From a virus, in the IMG/VR virus record IMGVR_UViG_3300045988_180880, positions 256,001 to 320,000 of that record: a DNA stretch of 64,000 nt; one strand, 5' to 3'. Positions within the stretch are counted from its first letter, which is position 1; each line of letters opens with the position of its first letter. A program made the position numbers and the translations under genes. The notes under the pieces are model-generated. The model did not search any database and had not been told where the DNA came from. It was given only the letters and a program-made list of their open reading frames with translations. Shown here one piece after another: positions 20,213 to 29,690 of the stretch.

Positions 20213-20733
20213 AATAAAATTCTATGTTTAATTTTTATATTTTCAAGTTCTTCTGTTTCAGGCCCATGTAAAAAGATATCCAACACTACACAATTACTTA
20301 TTTTATCTCCTAAAAGAGGATCCTTATAAATCATTGCACAGAGCTCTAAATCATTAAATAACTCATCATATCTTTTCCTATAGTTATCTAGATCTTTCAT
20401 AAGTTGTTCACCTCTTTTACTAGGATCTGAAACTAATTCCGTCATGATTATAGCATCATTTTTATCTCCCTTAATGAGATTCTTAAAATCTTCAATAATT
20501 TGATATTTTTCATATGAAGTAGAATATTTCTGAGTATCATGATTATCTGTAGAAATTAATTTTAAGAATTCATAATTACTTTCATTAAAATCTGATAAAT
20601 ACTCATTAAAGAATTTCTTTTCATATTTTGCCATCTCATTATTCCACTTTACTATCTCTGGATCTTTTCTTGATAAAGTATTCCGAGTAGCTTTAAAAAT
20701 AGCTGATTTAATTTTATCAAACATAATTAACAC
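20209..20733 (-). CDS. hypothetical protein
   Basis: 174-aa ORF with overlapping start/stop junctions. Confidence 0.5.
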   Translation of the reverse strand: MLIMFDKIKSAIFKATRNTLSRKDPEIVKWNNEMAKYEKKFFNEYLSDFNESNYEFLKLISTDNHDTQKYSTSYEKYQIIEDFKNLIKGDKNDAIIMTELVSDPSKRGEQLMKDLDNYRKRYDELFNDLELCAMIYKDPLLGDKISNCVVLDIFLHGPETEELENIKIKHRILL

Positions 20734-22766
20734 ACCTCCTTTCTACTTATTATATTATATATCTTTACCACCTTCTTAACCCCATCTATCTCTACTCTGG
20801 CTGAAGACTCCTTTACATTAAAGTAATTTTCTAAGTCTTTTGCCTTAGGTGTAGCATCGTAATTAATGGACTTATATAACACTTCAAGTCTAGATTTTAT
20901 ATCAGATAATGTTATTTTATCTCCTACTTTAAATTCTGAATATATATTAGACTCTAGAAGTTCTTGACTAAATGTTACTACTCCTAACTCCTTTTCTATA
21001 TACGTTTTATTATATCCAAGAGCTCTAAGCTTTTCGGGACCAAGTGCTAAGTAGTAAGATTTAATATTATCATGTTCTCCAATCTGATCTAATATTATAT
21101 TAGTCATAGTATCATTAAAACTACATTCACAAAGATACTTAAGTTTAGATTTAAATGTTCCAAACTTTTGATATTGCTCTAAAAATCTAGACACTTCTTG
21201 ATTAATAATATCATCTGGAGATAAAGTACTATATATAGTACTAAATACAGTAAATCTATCTTTATAATCTATTTGTTGTATTCTAAAAGCTCTAATCTCA
21301 TTTACTAATACTAAATTATTAAGTACAGGTATCAAAGTTCCACTCTGATGTTCGTTTACTGCTATATAATCATCTTTATAATTCTGTGTTCTAGCTAATG
21401 TTTGGTATCTTTCAGCTACAGTTAATCTTGCTTTTTCCGGAGTAGAATTATAAGAAAGAAGTAAATCATTAGTAGCTTTCTTTTTTCTTTCTATTTCTCT
21501 ATCAAACTCTTCTTGACTAACTTTTCTATAGTCACAAGTAGATCTGTAATAGAAAATGGCTTCATTCTTCCAAGGATTTTCAAAGAGTCTTTGTCTTCCG
21601 AGAATTTGAGGTAAATCTTCACTAATATCAACAGCTAAAGAGTCTATATTAGAATCCGAAAATATAAATGATCTAGCACAGGTAGAATAAAAATCTGCTC
21701 CTAGGTAAACAGTCCTCGTACAAAATGTAAACATTTTAGGTTTAACTCCTTTTAATGGTACCTCTCCGATAGTAAATCTCTTTCCTAACTTCTTTTGTAT
21801 TCTTTTTAAATTTTCGGGAGTATCAGAACAAAGAATATTTACCTCTTCTGGTTGGAGATCACACTTCTTTATAATAGATGTAATATGATTAACAGAGTTT
21901 ACGTAGAATACAGCTTCATCCGATATTACTCTAGTAGGATATCCATTAACCATTCTAATAGCACTTTCAAAATTACCAGATTTATAAGAGTCTATTATCT
22001 CAGGTAATTTAGTTCCTACTGATTTCATTGTTAATACCTTAAGAGAAGGTTTTAATACTCTAGTAGGATCTTGCGAAGCCCAATCCATATTAATATATGG
22101 TAAACCATCAAATTCATCTAACATATTTAAGTATTCCTCTAACATGGGTGTAGCACTAACAAATAGAGCTGAATGAGATTGCTTAAGAATATTTAAAAAT
22201 TCTAATTCTGTATTAGACTTAAACTTAGAATCATGTAGGATAGTTTGAAATTCATCTATTACAGTATAAAAGGATTGAAATATTCCTAAACTTTCTAGAA
22301 TATCTTTTACAATTCTATAAGAATCATATGTTACAAGAATTTTACAAGGTTTATCTCCCAGGTATTTTCTTTCATTTAGATAATCTTTTATTTCATTCAT
22401 TAGTCTATTATAAACTGTATCTTTTCCATGTACTACTTCTTTAAGAGTATCTATAAATACCTGAGATCTAGTTTTATCTACTTTATTTAAATCTTTATCA
22501 ACCGTTAGTTCCTTTTCTAATTCATTTACTACTAAATAAACATCTCTACCGTGTTGATCCTTTTTATTTTCTAATAACATCTTTCTTGGAGAACAGAGTA
22601 TTACATTCTCTGGTCCTCTAAGACAATATTCAGTAAATCCACATCCAGGTAATTGTTTGTTTATAATACACTTTACTGGGAATTTATAAAATCTAAAGTT
22701 TGTTCCTAATTCTGATATAAATCTTATTCCTCTAGGAACAATGTAATCATTTAATTTTTTTATCAT
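20727..22766 (-). CDS. SF2 helicase-like ATPase (putative)
   Basis: Degenerate motif I QLPGCGFTE, motif II VIDEFQ, motif III FVSATP. First gene of the minus-strand module. Confidence 0.4.
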   Translation of the reverse strand: MIKKLNDYIVPRGIRFISELGTNFRFYKFPVKCIINKQLPGCGFTEYCLRGPENVILCSPRKMLLENKKDQHGRDVYLVVNELEKELTVDKDLNKVDKTRSQVFIDTLKEVVHGKDTVYNRLMNEIKDYLNERKYLGDKPCKILVTYDSYRIVKDILESLGIFQSFYTVIDEFQTILHDSKFKSNTELEFLNILKQSHSALFVSATPMLEEYLNMLDEFDGLPYINMDWASQDPTRVLKPSLKVLTMKSVGTKLPEIIDSYKSGNFESAIRMVNGYPTRVISDEAVFYVNSVNHITSIIKKCDLQPEEVNILCSDTPENLKRIQKKLGKRFTIGEVPLKGVKPKMFTFCTRTVYLGADFYSTCARSFIFSDSNIDSLAVDISEDLPQILGRQRLFENPWKNEAIFYYRSTCDYRKVSQEEFDREIERKKKATNDLLLSYNSTPEKARLTVAERYQTLARTQNYKDDYIAVNEHQSGTLIPVLNNLVLVNEIRAFRIQQIDYKDRFTVFSTIYSTLSPDDIINQEVSRFLEQYQKFGTFKSKLKYLCECSFNDTMTNIILDQIGEHDNIKSYYLALGPEKLRALGYNKTYIEKELGVVTFSQELLESNIYSEFKVGDKITLSDIKSRLEVLYKSINYDATPKAKDLENYFNVKESSARVEIDGVKKVVKIYNIISRKEVC

Positions 22767-22841
22767 ATTAATTATATTTTAATTTTTTTATTATCTAATT
22801 ATTATAAATTCTTTTAATACAGAATCCAGTTACATAAAAGT

Positions 22842-23464
22842 GAAGACATAGGAGTCTCCCTTTTTCATTAATTAGAGTTTGAAGTTATTAGAAGAGCAAA
22901 ATGTAGATTTAAATTCAGATCAATTTGGGAAATAGTAATATAATATAATATATAATAAAAAAGTATACATTTAGTATTTAGATTAGATTCGCCTCCTTGG
23001 AGAGGCGAAAATCAATAATATAAAATCTTTATAAATATCTTCATTTTCTGAGTTTATTTTCTATATATCTTATTCAATGTTTCTTTTCTAAGACACCCCT
23101 AGCGGTAGCGATAAGGGGTGTAATATAAGGGAAGCTCCTGTGTCTTCATAAATAAGTTACCGAATTTTTATCAATTTTGAAGATAAAAAATAAAAGTGGG
23201 TTATTTTGGCTCATTTTAGGGTAAAAAGTAGTAAAAAACATCAAAAATAACCCACCTTTTGAGGGTTAAATTTAATATAAGCCTTATACATGAAATATAA
23301 GGAGAATCTGTGTCCTTCCCTCCTTTCCAAACGTGGTAATTTTGTTTTTCATATCCATATATTACTAATAGCGATTAGTTTTCTACTAAGTAAGTTCTTT
23401 TTCATAGTTGTTAATAATTTGTTTATTTCTCACATATAAATGGACACAGATTCTTCCTTTTATA
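22842..23464. promoter_or_regulatory. divergent control region with four copies of a ~22-bp motif, two per strand
   Basis: Plus-strand copies: ATATAAGGGAAGCTCCTGTGTCTTC (23123-23147) and ATATAAGGAGAATCTGTGTCC (23295-23315). Minus-strand copies lie at 22842-22860 and 23442-23464. Hairpins lie at about 22989-23008, 23092-23121 and 23197-23257. Confidence 0.5.
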
Positions 23465-23514
23465 CTAAGAAATCGATATTATATTTTTTAAGATAATAAT
23501 TGTTTTCAGGGATT

Positions 23515-23592
23515 AGGTTCGGCGCTAAAGTTGCTGCGGAGATGGGTTAAGTAGGTTACTTAATTTTGTATCCCGGGACTTAGCTCCGACCT
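23515..23592 (+). other. GC-rich structured leader upstream of 23629 gene
   Basis: Closing stem AGGTtCGGcGC / GCtCCGACCT encloses the GGG..AAGTA/TACTT..CCC hairpin. It is a GC island in AT-rich context. Confidence 0.35.
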
Positions 23593-23628
23593 CTTCTTTT
23601 TAGTTCTTTGTAAAAATACTATGTTCAT

Positions 23629-24093
23629 ATGATAATAAAGAGAAAAACAAAAAGTGTCTCCGATCTGTTCTATATATCATCAAGACCAGACTTAGATGGA
23701 GAATATATAAAACCGAAAATTAATTTGTACCCAGATGTAGGATCAGCACTTTCAGGAATATCAGCAGTTCCGGGAGAGGATACGAACATAGAAGGAGCTA
23801 CTTATTATATATACAAGCCGCTAATGGGAAGAGCCGATTCACTAGTAAAACCTGGAATAATAGAATCTCCGAAGGTATTAGTTCTCCCTGATGAATATTG
23901 GTATCTACAAGAACTCCGGCTCAGATTTATAGCGGCAGTTAAAGTCTTGGGGAGAGAAAAACTTATTGGAACTTATAGAACTGGAACTAGACAAACTCCA
24001 TCTAGAGTATATTCTTGGAGTTGGGAAGAAATTTTAGGGAAATATCAGAAGAAAGGTAAGTTAATAGAGACTGATAAAACAAAGAAAACGTGA
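23629..24093 (+). CDS. hypothetical protein (N-box variant MIIKRKTKS)
   Basis: 154-aa ORF; first gene of the plus-strand module. Confidence 0.55.
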   Translation: MIIKRKTKSVSDLFYISSRPDLDGEYIKPKINLYPDVGSALSGISAVPGEDTNIEGATYYIYKPLMGRADSLVKPGIIESPKVLVLPDEYWYLQELRLRFIAAVKVLGREKLIGTYRTGTRQTPSRVYSWSWEEILGKYQKKGKLIETDKTKKT

Positions 24094-24162
24094 ATAATTT
24101 ATTTTCTAATATTTTTAAGAAGAGGGAAAAATACTGGGAAACTATAAACAAATTAAATCAAT

Positions 24163-24675
24163 ATGAAAATACTACGAAATAAAACATATTCTGATTCTGA
24201 CAATGAAACTCCAAAGAAAGTCGGAGAAGCTATCGGAACTGCACTAGTCGGAACAGCTGGAACTGTAGGAGCAACAGACTTAATAAAACGTGGGGCTAAG
24301 AAGTATATAACCAGTCAGGAATCAAAGAAAGCAAAAAAAGCATTTAAAGAAGGTATTAAGAAACTTGATTCAACCAGGAAAGCTAATAATTTTAAAGCAG
24401 AAGTAGCTCGTGGTGAAACTAATTCAGGAAGCGCTTTAGATCTAATTTTCCACAAAAGAAAAGTCAAGAAAGCAGATCAAGTATATAAAGCAGCTACCTC
24501 TAAAAATAATGAAGCCTATAAATCAGGTGTTAAAGCTCTTAAGAAAACTTTAATATCTAATAAAGATGCAAATATCGCCAAAAGAACAGGAAGAGTTGGA
24601 AAAATAGCTACGACTGCTGGTTTAATTGGAACAGGTATAGCAGCTGGAATGAAACTTAGAAAGAAAGATAAATAA
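24163..24675 (+). CDS. Lys-rich N-box protein with Gly/Ala-rich hydrophobic segments
   Basis: Starts MKILRNKTYSD. Contains GTALVGTAGTVGA and TAGLIGTGIAAGM. Confidence 0.55.
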   Translation: MKILRNKTYSDSDNETPKKVGEAIGTALVGTAGTVGATDLIKRGAKKYITSQESKKAKKAFKEGIKKLDSTRKANNFKAEVARGETNSGSALDLIFHKRKVKKADQVYKAATSKNNEAYKSGVKALKKTLISNKDANIAKRTGRVGKIATTAGLIGTGIAAGMKLRKKDK

Positions 24676-24681
24676 TAGGAA

Positions 24682-24770
24682 CGGAGATAGTAACCTATAA
24701 TGGAATAGGGACTGCCTGCTAAGCAGATCGATCGTGTTTTACGATTAGAGGTCGGAACTCTACATCTCCG
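24682..24770 (+). ncRNA. tRNA-like cloverleaf element (possible degenerate type II tRNA-Ser GCT)
   Basis: 7-bp closing stem CGGAGAT/ATCTCCG. Arms: CCTAT/ATAGG, CTGC-ctGCTaa-GCAG, long arm ATCG/CGAT, and TAGAG-gtcggaa-CTCTA. Junction lengths are non-canonical. Confidence 0.3.
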
Positions 24771-24794
24771 CATTATAAAGAATAAAAATATAAT

Positions 24795-24822
24795 CTATAG
24801 AGTTATTGGTTTAGCTCTATAG
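24795..24822 (+). terminator. hairpin CTATAGAG/CTCTATAG
   Basis: Same stem family as the hairpins at 29159 and 34962. Confidence 0.45.
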
Positions 24823-24847
24823 AACGACTTAGTGATTATTAGTTAAT

Positions 24848-24919
24848 TTCCCCTTAGTTCAGCGGATAGAACCTGGGATTTCTAATCCCATAACGTGTGT
24901 TCGATTCACACAGGGGAAA
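24848..24919 (+). tRNA. trnR: tRNA-Arg (anticodon TCT)
   Basis: Acceptor TTCCCCT/AGGGGAA, D stem GTTC/GAAC, anticodon arm TGGGA-ttTCTaa-TCCCA, T arm GTGTG-ttcgatt-CACAC. Confidence 0.9.
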
Positions 24920-24970
24920 CAAATAAATATAAATTACAACTAAATTTAACTAATAAAAACTAAATTAATC

Positions 24971-25135
24971 ATGACAACAATTTTTAAGAAAGTAATCTTT
25001 AACCCTCTTAAGAGAGCGGTTAAGTGGTATTTTACTCAGTCTGCTAAAACAGGAAATTATATCTGTATGACTGGAACTTTTCCTCAAGAGTACTATGAAA
25101 TGATGTATGAAAAGAGGAAAGATCAACAAAAGTAA
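24971..25135 (+). CDS. small hypothetical ORF (54 aa)
   Basis: ATG ORF MTTIFKKVIF... between two tRNAs, below the ORF-track size cut-off. Confidence 0.3.
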   Translation: MTTIFKKVIFNPLKRAVKWYFTQSAKTGNYICMTGTFPQEYYEMMYEKRKDQQK

Positions 25136-25219
25136 AAGACAGTAGAAATTTATGGGATATAGGAAATTCCTATATACCCTTCGTTGACTAGGAAGAAAAT
25201 AATTAATAAAAAAATATAT

Positions 25220-25291
25220 CGCAGGATGAAAGAAATGGTATCTGACAAGTTTCATAAGCTTGGGTTGTTCGTTCGAATCGAGCTCCTGCTA
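25220..25291 (+). tRNA. tRNA with CAT anticodon (Met, fMet or Ile2), atypical
   Basis: Anticodon arm CAAGT-ttCATaa-GCTTG, T arm GTTCG-ttcgaat-CGAGC, G18 G19 present. The D stem is weak and pair 1:72 is a C/T mismatch. Confidence 0.6.
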
Positions 25292-25301
25292 CATACATAC
25301 T

Positions 25302-25415
25302 AACGATGTGATATCGTAAGTTCTTTATTGTATTTATAAAAATATAGAAGAGAGATTTAGTAAGACTCTCTTCTATTAATAAAAAAAAAAGAACTTTAAT
25401 TGATATTACGGGAAG
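25302..25415 (+). promoter_or_regulatory. conserved structured leader, copy A (tRNA to HNH gene)
   Basis: AACGATG-GTGATATC ... hairpin TAGAAGAGAG/CTCTCTTCTA ... GATATTAC-GGGAAG. It ends 16 nt before the ATG. Confidence 0.6.
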
Positions 25416-25431
25416 TAGTAAATTTAATTAT

Positions 25432-26160
25432 ATGAATAAGTACAATAAAGATGAATTAGAGAGATTAATTTTTAAAGAAAATTTATCTTATAAAGAAATT
25501 GGCAAAAAATATGGAGTATCTGGAAATACTATTAGAAAGAATGCAAAAAAGTTAGGAATAGTGTTACCTAAGAGAAGAAATATAAATCCTAATGAAACTT
25601 TTAATAAAGGAAAACAGATTCATATAGCTAACAAAAAACAAAATTCTAATAATAGTAAATTAGATCTCATATCTGATAATGATTTTATTGAAATTATCAA
25701 GACAAAGGATAATTGGAAAGATATATTAGTTTCACTTGGATATAATAAACATGGATCTAAATTTATTAGGGATAAAATAAGAAAAAGATGTTCGAATTTG
25801 GGAATAAATTTAAATCTTAAACAAAATCAACTAGATACTGTACCAATTTTATCTGTAACTAAAGGAGATTTATTTAAAAAACGTTCTAATTGGCAGAACG
25901 CTAGATCTAATATTCAAAATTCAGCAAGAAAAATATTTTTTAAGAATTGTCTTGATCCTAAATGTATAGTTTGTGGATATACTAATCATGTGGAAGTAGC
26001 ACATATAAAGGCAGTTAGTAATTTTAGTGAGGATTCATTAATATCAGAAATTAACGATATTTCTAATTTAATAGGTTTATGTCCTAATCATCATTGGGAG
26101 TATGATAATGGATTATTAGATATAAGTAAATACATAAATCATGAAAATAATAAGAAATAA
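25432..26160 (+). CDS. HNH homing endonuclease with N-terminal HTH module
   Basis: C-terminal CIVCGY...HVEVAHIKA...LCPNHHWEYDNG. The N-terminal LSYKEIGKKYGVSGNTIRKNAKKLG is shared with the 27388 and 36489 genes. Confidence 0.8.
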   Translation: MNKYNKDELERLIFKENLSYKEIGKKYGVSGNTIRKNAKKLGIVLPKRRNINPNETFNKGKQIHIANKKQNSNNSKLDLISDNDFIEIIKTKDNWKDILVSLGYNKHGSKFIRDKIRKRCSNLGINLNLKQNQLDTVPILSVTKGDLFKKRSNWQNARSNIQNSARKIFFKNCLDPKCIVCGYTNHVEVAHIKAVSNFSEDSLISEINDISNLIGLCPNHHWEYDNGLLDISKYINHENNKK

Positions 26161-26497
26161 TATTATTCCTTTTCCAGGCTATAAAGCAGTAAATATCTTT
26201 GGAATTTTATTTGTAAGGAAGAATGCTAATATAAAACCAGAAGACTTAAATCATGAAGAAATACATACAGCACAAATGAAAGAAATGGCTTATATCGGAT
26301 TTTATGTATGGTATTTCTTGGAGTGGTTATTATGTCTCCTAGTTTCAGGATTTAGCTTTGGTTATGCTTATCATGATATTAGTCTTGAGGAAGAAGCACA
26401 CTTAAATGATAAAGACCTGGAATACTTAAAAACCAGAAAACATTATTCTTGGTGGTCCTATATAAAACTAGGAAGTTGGAAGAAAAATAAAAATTAA
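26141..26497 (+). CDS. membrane protein with HExxH motif
   Basis: NHEEIHTAQ is followed by a hydrophobic segment. It overlaps the HNH gene's 3' end by 20 nt. Confidence 0.4.
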   Translation: MKIIRNNIIPFPGYKAVNIFGILFVRKNANIKPEDLNHEEIHTAQMKEMAYIGFYVWYFLEWLLCLLVSGFSFGYAYHDISLEEEAHLNDKDLEYLKTRKHYSWWSYIKLGSWKKNKN

Positions 26498-26518
26498 CCA
26501 TATATACATAAAAAGATT

Positions 26519-26833
26519 ATGATTATACTTAGAAATAAGACCTATTCGCATGAAGAAGAAATTGCGAATATTGCGGCAGCTCCTGGAAGTCCAGAGTATA
26601 GCCATGAAAGAGCCGAAATAGAAAAGAAACCGGCTCAAGAAGCATCAGCAGTTCAAGAAGGTTATGAAAAAGCATCTCAGGAAATTGATAAAACAGTAGA
26701 AGAAGTAGAAATAGTTCCTGAAGCAGCTGAAGAAGCAATCGAAACAGAAGCACGTGAAGCTGGAGATTCTAACCTAGACTCTAGAAATGATGCATTAAAA
26801 ACTCTTAATGATTTCTTAGGTAATATTCATTAA
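26519..26833 (+). CDS. acidic N-box protein
   Basis: Starts MIILRNKTYSHEEE; Glu/Ala-rich. Confidence 0.5.
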   Translation: MIILRNKTYSHEEEIANIAAAPGSPEYSHERAEIEKKPAQEASAVQEGYEKASQEIDKTVEEVEIVPEAAEEAIETEAREAGDSNLDSRNDALKTLNDFLGNIH

Positions 26834-26835
26834 TT

Positions 26836-27054
26836 ATGATTATCCTCAGGCAAAAGAATTATTCCGGCCGAGAAAAAGTACCTCAGGCTATAGCAGAGAA
26901 GGCACGAAAATCTGGAGTAGTTCAAAAAGATTCAAATGGTGCCTGGAGAATTATTAGCCTGAAAACTTCTCCGGCCGAATATTGGGATGCACATTATGAT
27001 ACCCGTGAAGATGCTGAAAAAGCTCTAGCCGCTTATCATGCAAATAAACATTAA
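26836..27054 (+). CDS. small N-box protein
   Basis: Starts MIILRQKNYSGREK. Confidence 0.5.
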   Translation: MIILRQKNYSGREKVPQAIAEKARKSGVVQKDSNGAWRIISLKTSPAEYWDAHYDTREDAEKALAAYHANKH

Positions 27055-27168
27055 GAGATTAATTTTAGAAGCGATGAAAATCGGATATTTTGAAAATTTT
27101 TACACTAGTACTTTTATCTCAGAATAAAGGAAATTGAGTAGTTATAGTGTTAGGTTTTTAACGCTTTT

Positions 27169-27251
27169 ACGGGAATGTTGGAATCGGTAGACAAGTAACT
27201 CTTAGAAAGTTATGCTAATTTAGCATGAGGGTTCGAGACCCTCTTCCCGTA
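27169..27251 (+). tRNA. trnL: tRNA-Leu (anticodon TAG), type II
   Basis: Acceptor ACGGGAA/TTCCCGT, anticodon arm TAACT-ctTAGaa-AGTTA, long variable arm TGCTAatttAGCA, T arm GAGGG-ttcgaga-CCCTC. Confidence 0.85.
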
Positions 27252-27260
27252 CGATAAGTT

Positions 27261-27368
27261 AACGATGTGAATCGATTCCTTATTAATTCATTTATATAAA
27301 ATATAGAGAGCTCGACGGGGCTCTCTTTAAGTAGAATTAATAAGATGTTGTTTATGATTCATGGGATG
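27261..27368 (+). promoter_or_regulatory. conserved structured leader, copy B
   Basis: AACGATG-TGAATC ... hairpin AGAGAGC/GCTCTCT ... GATTCA-TGGGATG. The helix sequence differs from copies A, C and D but pairing is kept. Confidence 0.55.
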
Positions 27369-27387
27369 TAACTTAGATTTTATATAA

Positions 27388-28251
27388 ATGAATGAAAGTA
27401 AATTAAGTAATGTAACAAAAGAAGAATTAGAAAAACTAATCTTTGGAGAAAAATTATCCTATGAAGAAATAGGTAGGAGATATGAAGTTTCTGGAAGTGC
27501 TATTAAAAAGAAGGCTAAAAAATTAGGTATAGAACTTCCTAAGAAAAGAGATATAAATTCTAATGAAACTTTTAATAAAGGATACTCTTTTAAGTATAAT
27601 AAGAAAGATTTAGAGAAGTATTTAGGTGAAGGAAAGAGTTATAAAGAGATTGGAAATATTTATGGAGTATCTTCATCATCTATATATAGGGCAGTTAAAA
27701 GTTTTGGATTATCACCTAAGAAAAAATCTCCTAAGAAAAAAGAGTCAAAAAATTTGAATAAACCTAAAATTATAATAAATTCTGTAGATGATAGTGTTTT
27801 TTCAGATTATGTAAAGGATAGTTTATCAATAGCAGAAGTCGCTAGATCAATTGGAATAGATAATAATAAAATTAATACTAGCGTTTATAGAGAAATTCAT
27901 AAAAGAATCGATTCTTTAAAGTTAGATACATCTCATTTTACAGGAGGTGCATGGAATGTAGGAGATAGATTTAGAAAAATAGATAAAGGATTTCCATTAA
28001 GTGAAGTTTTAGTAAAAAACTCATCATATAAATGTACTAATTCTTTAAGGAAAAAGCTATTTAATGAAGGTGTAAAAGAACGAAAGTGTGAATGTTGCGG
28101 TATAACTGAATGGAATGGAAAGCCTGCACCATTACAACTTCATCATATAGATGGAGATAATACTAATAATTCTTTAGAAAATCTTCAAATACTTTGTCCT
28201 AATTGTCATGCTCAAACAGATAATTATTGTAGTAAAAATAAAAACGTCTAA
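27388..28251 (+). CDS. HNH homing endonuclease with duplicated HTH modules
   Basis: CECCG...LQLHHIDGDNTNN...LCPNCHAQTDNY, plus two LSYEEIG / KSYKEIG HTH-like repeats. Confidence 0.8.
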   Translation: MNESKLSNVTKEELEKLIFGEKLSYEEIGRRYEVSGSAIKKKAKKLGIELPKKRDINSNETFNKGYSFKYNKKDLEKYLGEGKSYKEIGNIYGVSSSSIYRAVKSFGLSPKKKSPKKKESKNLNKPKIIINSVDDSVFSDYVKDSLSIAEVARSIGIDNNKINTSVYREIHKRIDSLKLDTSHFTGGAWNVGDRFRKIDKGFPLSEVLVKNSSYKCTNSLRKKLFNEGVKERKCECCGITEWNGKPAPLQLHHIDGDNTNNSLENLQILCPNCHAQTDNYCSKNKNV

Positions 28252-28335
28252 TATCTATACTAACCTCTTTTCCTCTTAATAATTCTCTCTAAACAAGGGG
28301 GAGGGGTAAAATAATTAACACTTTAAACAATTATT

Positions 28336-29148
28336 ATGTACATAAGAAGAAAAGTATTCTCACTATTACAAGACGGTGAGACAGGAGAAGAGAAGTATTT
28401 TTCTACGACCGATGTAACTTTGGATAATCTTGAAGAAAGAATTTTTAGTATTTCAATTCCAACTGAAGAAGAATTAGAACAAAGAGAATTCGGTGCTAGA
28501 CAGAGAAAACAGAATAGAAAACTAGCTAGATCTATTCACAATGCCGAGATGCAAGCAAATAAAGCAGCTAAGGCACAAGAAAAAGCAGCTAAAATAGTTT
28601 CTAATCCAGCTAATTTAGTTGATGAGAAGAAAATGGAAGAAGCTCAGAAACTTACTAAGAAAGCACAAAAAGCAGTTGAGTCTTCTAATCGTAATGCAGG
28701 TCAAGCTTCTCAACAAGTAAAGAATATCTCTAAAACTAGAAAGTCAGTTGCGACAAATCCGGGAGGTCTTGAAATTAAAAATCAAGGTGCAGGAGATATA
28801 ACTGTTAAGAAAGAAGGTGGTAATGTAACTGCTCATAAAATTGCTTCTAAGAAAAGTGGTCAGACAACAACTACTGTAAGAACAACGTCAACTAAGCCTG
28901 ATGTTGTAGTTGATAAGATGACATCCAAAGGTTCTAAGAAAGTTTCTACAGAGGCAGTAAAGAAATCCGCTGAGAAAACTCAAAAAGTTGCAGAAGTAGC
29001 TCAAAAAACAACAAAAGACTCAAAGAAGATTCTGAATGGGGCTAAAAAATTAATGAACACAAAAGCTGGTAAAATAGCTGGAGGAGTTGCTTTAGCTAGT
29101 GGTGCGATGATCGGGGCTAAAAAGTTATATGATCATAAAAAGAAATAA
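28336..29148 (+). CDS. Lys/Ala-rich N-box protein, paralog of 34367 gene
   Basis: MYIRRKVFSLLQD..GEEKYFSTTDVTL is shared with 34367. It has a C-terminal Gly/Ala hydrophobic segment. Confidence 0.55.
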   Translation: MYIRRKVFSLLQDGETGEEKYFSTTDVTLDNLEERIFSISIPTEEELEQREFGARQRKQNRKLARSIHNAEMQANKAAKAQEKAAKIVSNPANLVDEKKMEEAQKLTKKAQKAVESSNRNAGQASQQVKNISKTRKSVATNPGGLEIKNQGAGDITVKKEGGNVTAHKIASKKSGQTTTTVRTTSTKPDVVVDKMTSKGSKKVSTEAVKKSAEKTQKVAEVAQKTTKDSKKILNGAKKLMNTKAGKIAGGVALASGAMIGAKKLYDHKKK

Positions 29149-29158
29149 AAAAGATAAT

Positions 29159-29191
29159 CTATAGAGGTAGTGTAATCAATCTCCTCTATAG
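29159..29191 (+). terminator. hairpin CTATAGAGG/CCTCTATAG
   Basis: 33-nt element identical to the one at 34962-34994, after the paralogous gene. Confidence 0.6.
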
Positions 29192-29215
29192 AACTTAATA
29201 TAAATATTATAAAAT

Positions 29216-29659
29216 ATGAAATTTAATAAAACTCTTGAAGCTGTAAATATTATGGTTATGGCTTCTTATCCGGCCGCTAGATTCTATGAAGCGCAAGGTA
29301 TACTAATTGAAGAAAATAATAGTTTTATCCCTGAAGTTTCTGGAATGGTAATTGTTTATTCATTACCTCTTGGAAAAACGCTTCTTGTAAATGTTGCGGC
29401 CGAGTCGGAAGAAGCCTATGAATTTAAACTAATCAATGAAAACTGGCTTGAAGATAGATCTATAACTCCTTATGTAGGTATGACTCTAGAAGATGCTTTT
29501 CAAGAATTAGTTAAAGCAGAAAAGATTATTAAATCTAGAAATGTAGTTCTCAGACATCCATTACATCCATCTTATACTCGTCCTGTTTATATATTTGGTG
29601 ATGTTCGGCGAGGAGGTAATAGTGTTGATGTAATGACTGGAGAAATAAGAGAAGAATAA
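29216..29659 (+). CDS. hypothetical protein
   Basis: 147-aa ORF. Confidence 0.5.
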   Translation: MKFNKTLEAVNIMVMASYPAARFYEAQGILIEENNSFIPEVSGMVIVYSLPLGKTLLVNVAAESEEAYEFKLINENWLEDRSITPYVGMTLEDAFQELVKAEKIIKSRNVVLRHPLHPSYTRPVYIFGDVRRGGNSVDVMTGEIREE

Positions 29660-29690
29660 AAAGATTTGCTTTAGATGATTTAATAATATT

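Noticed and set aside
24965-25255. 96-aa minus-strand ORF
   Set aside because: It overlaps the CAU tRNA and the plus-strand micro-ORF. It is a low-complexity product of an AT-rich antisense strand with no neighbours on that strand.
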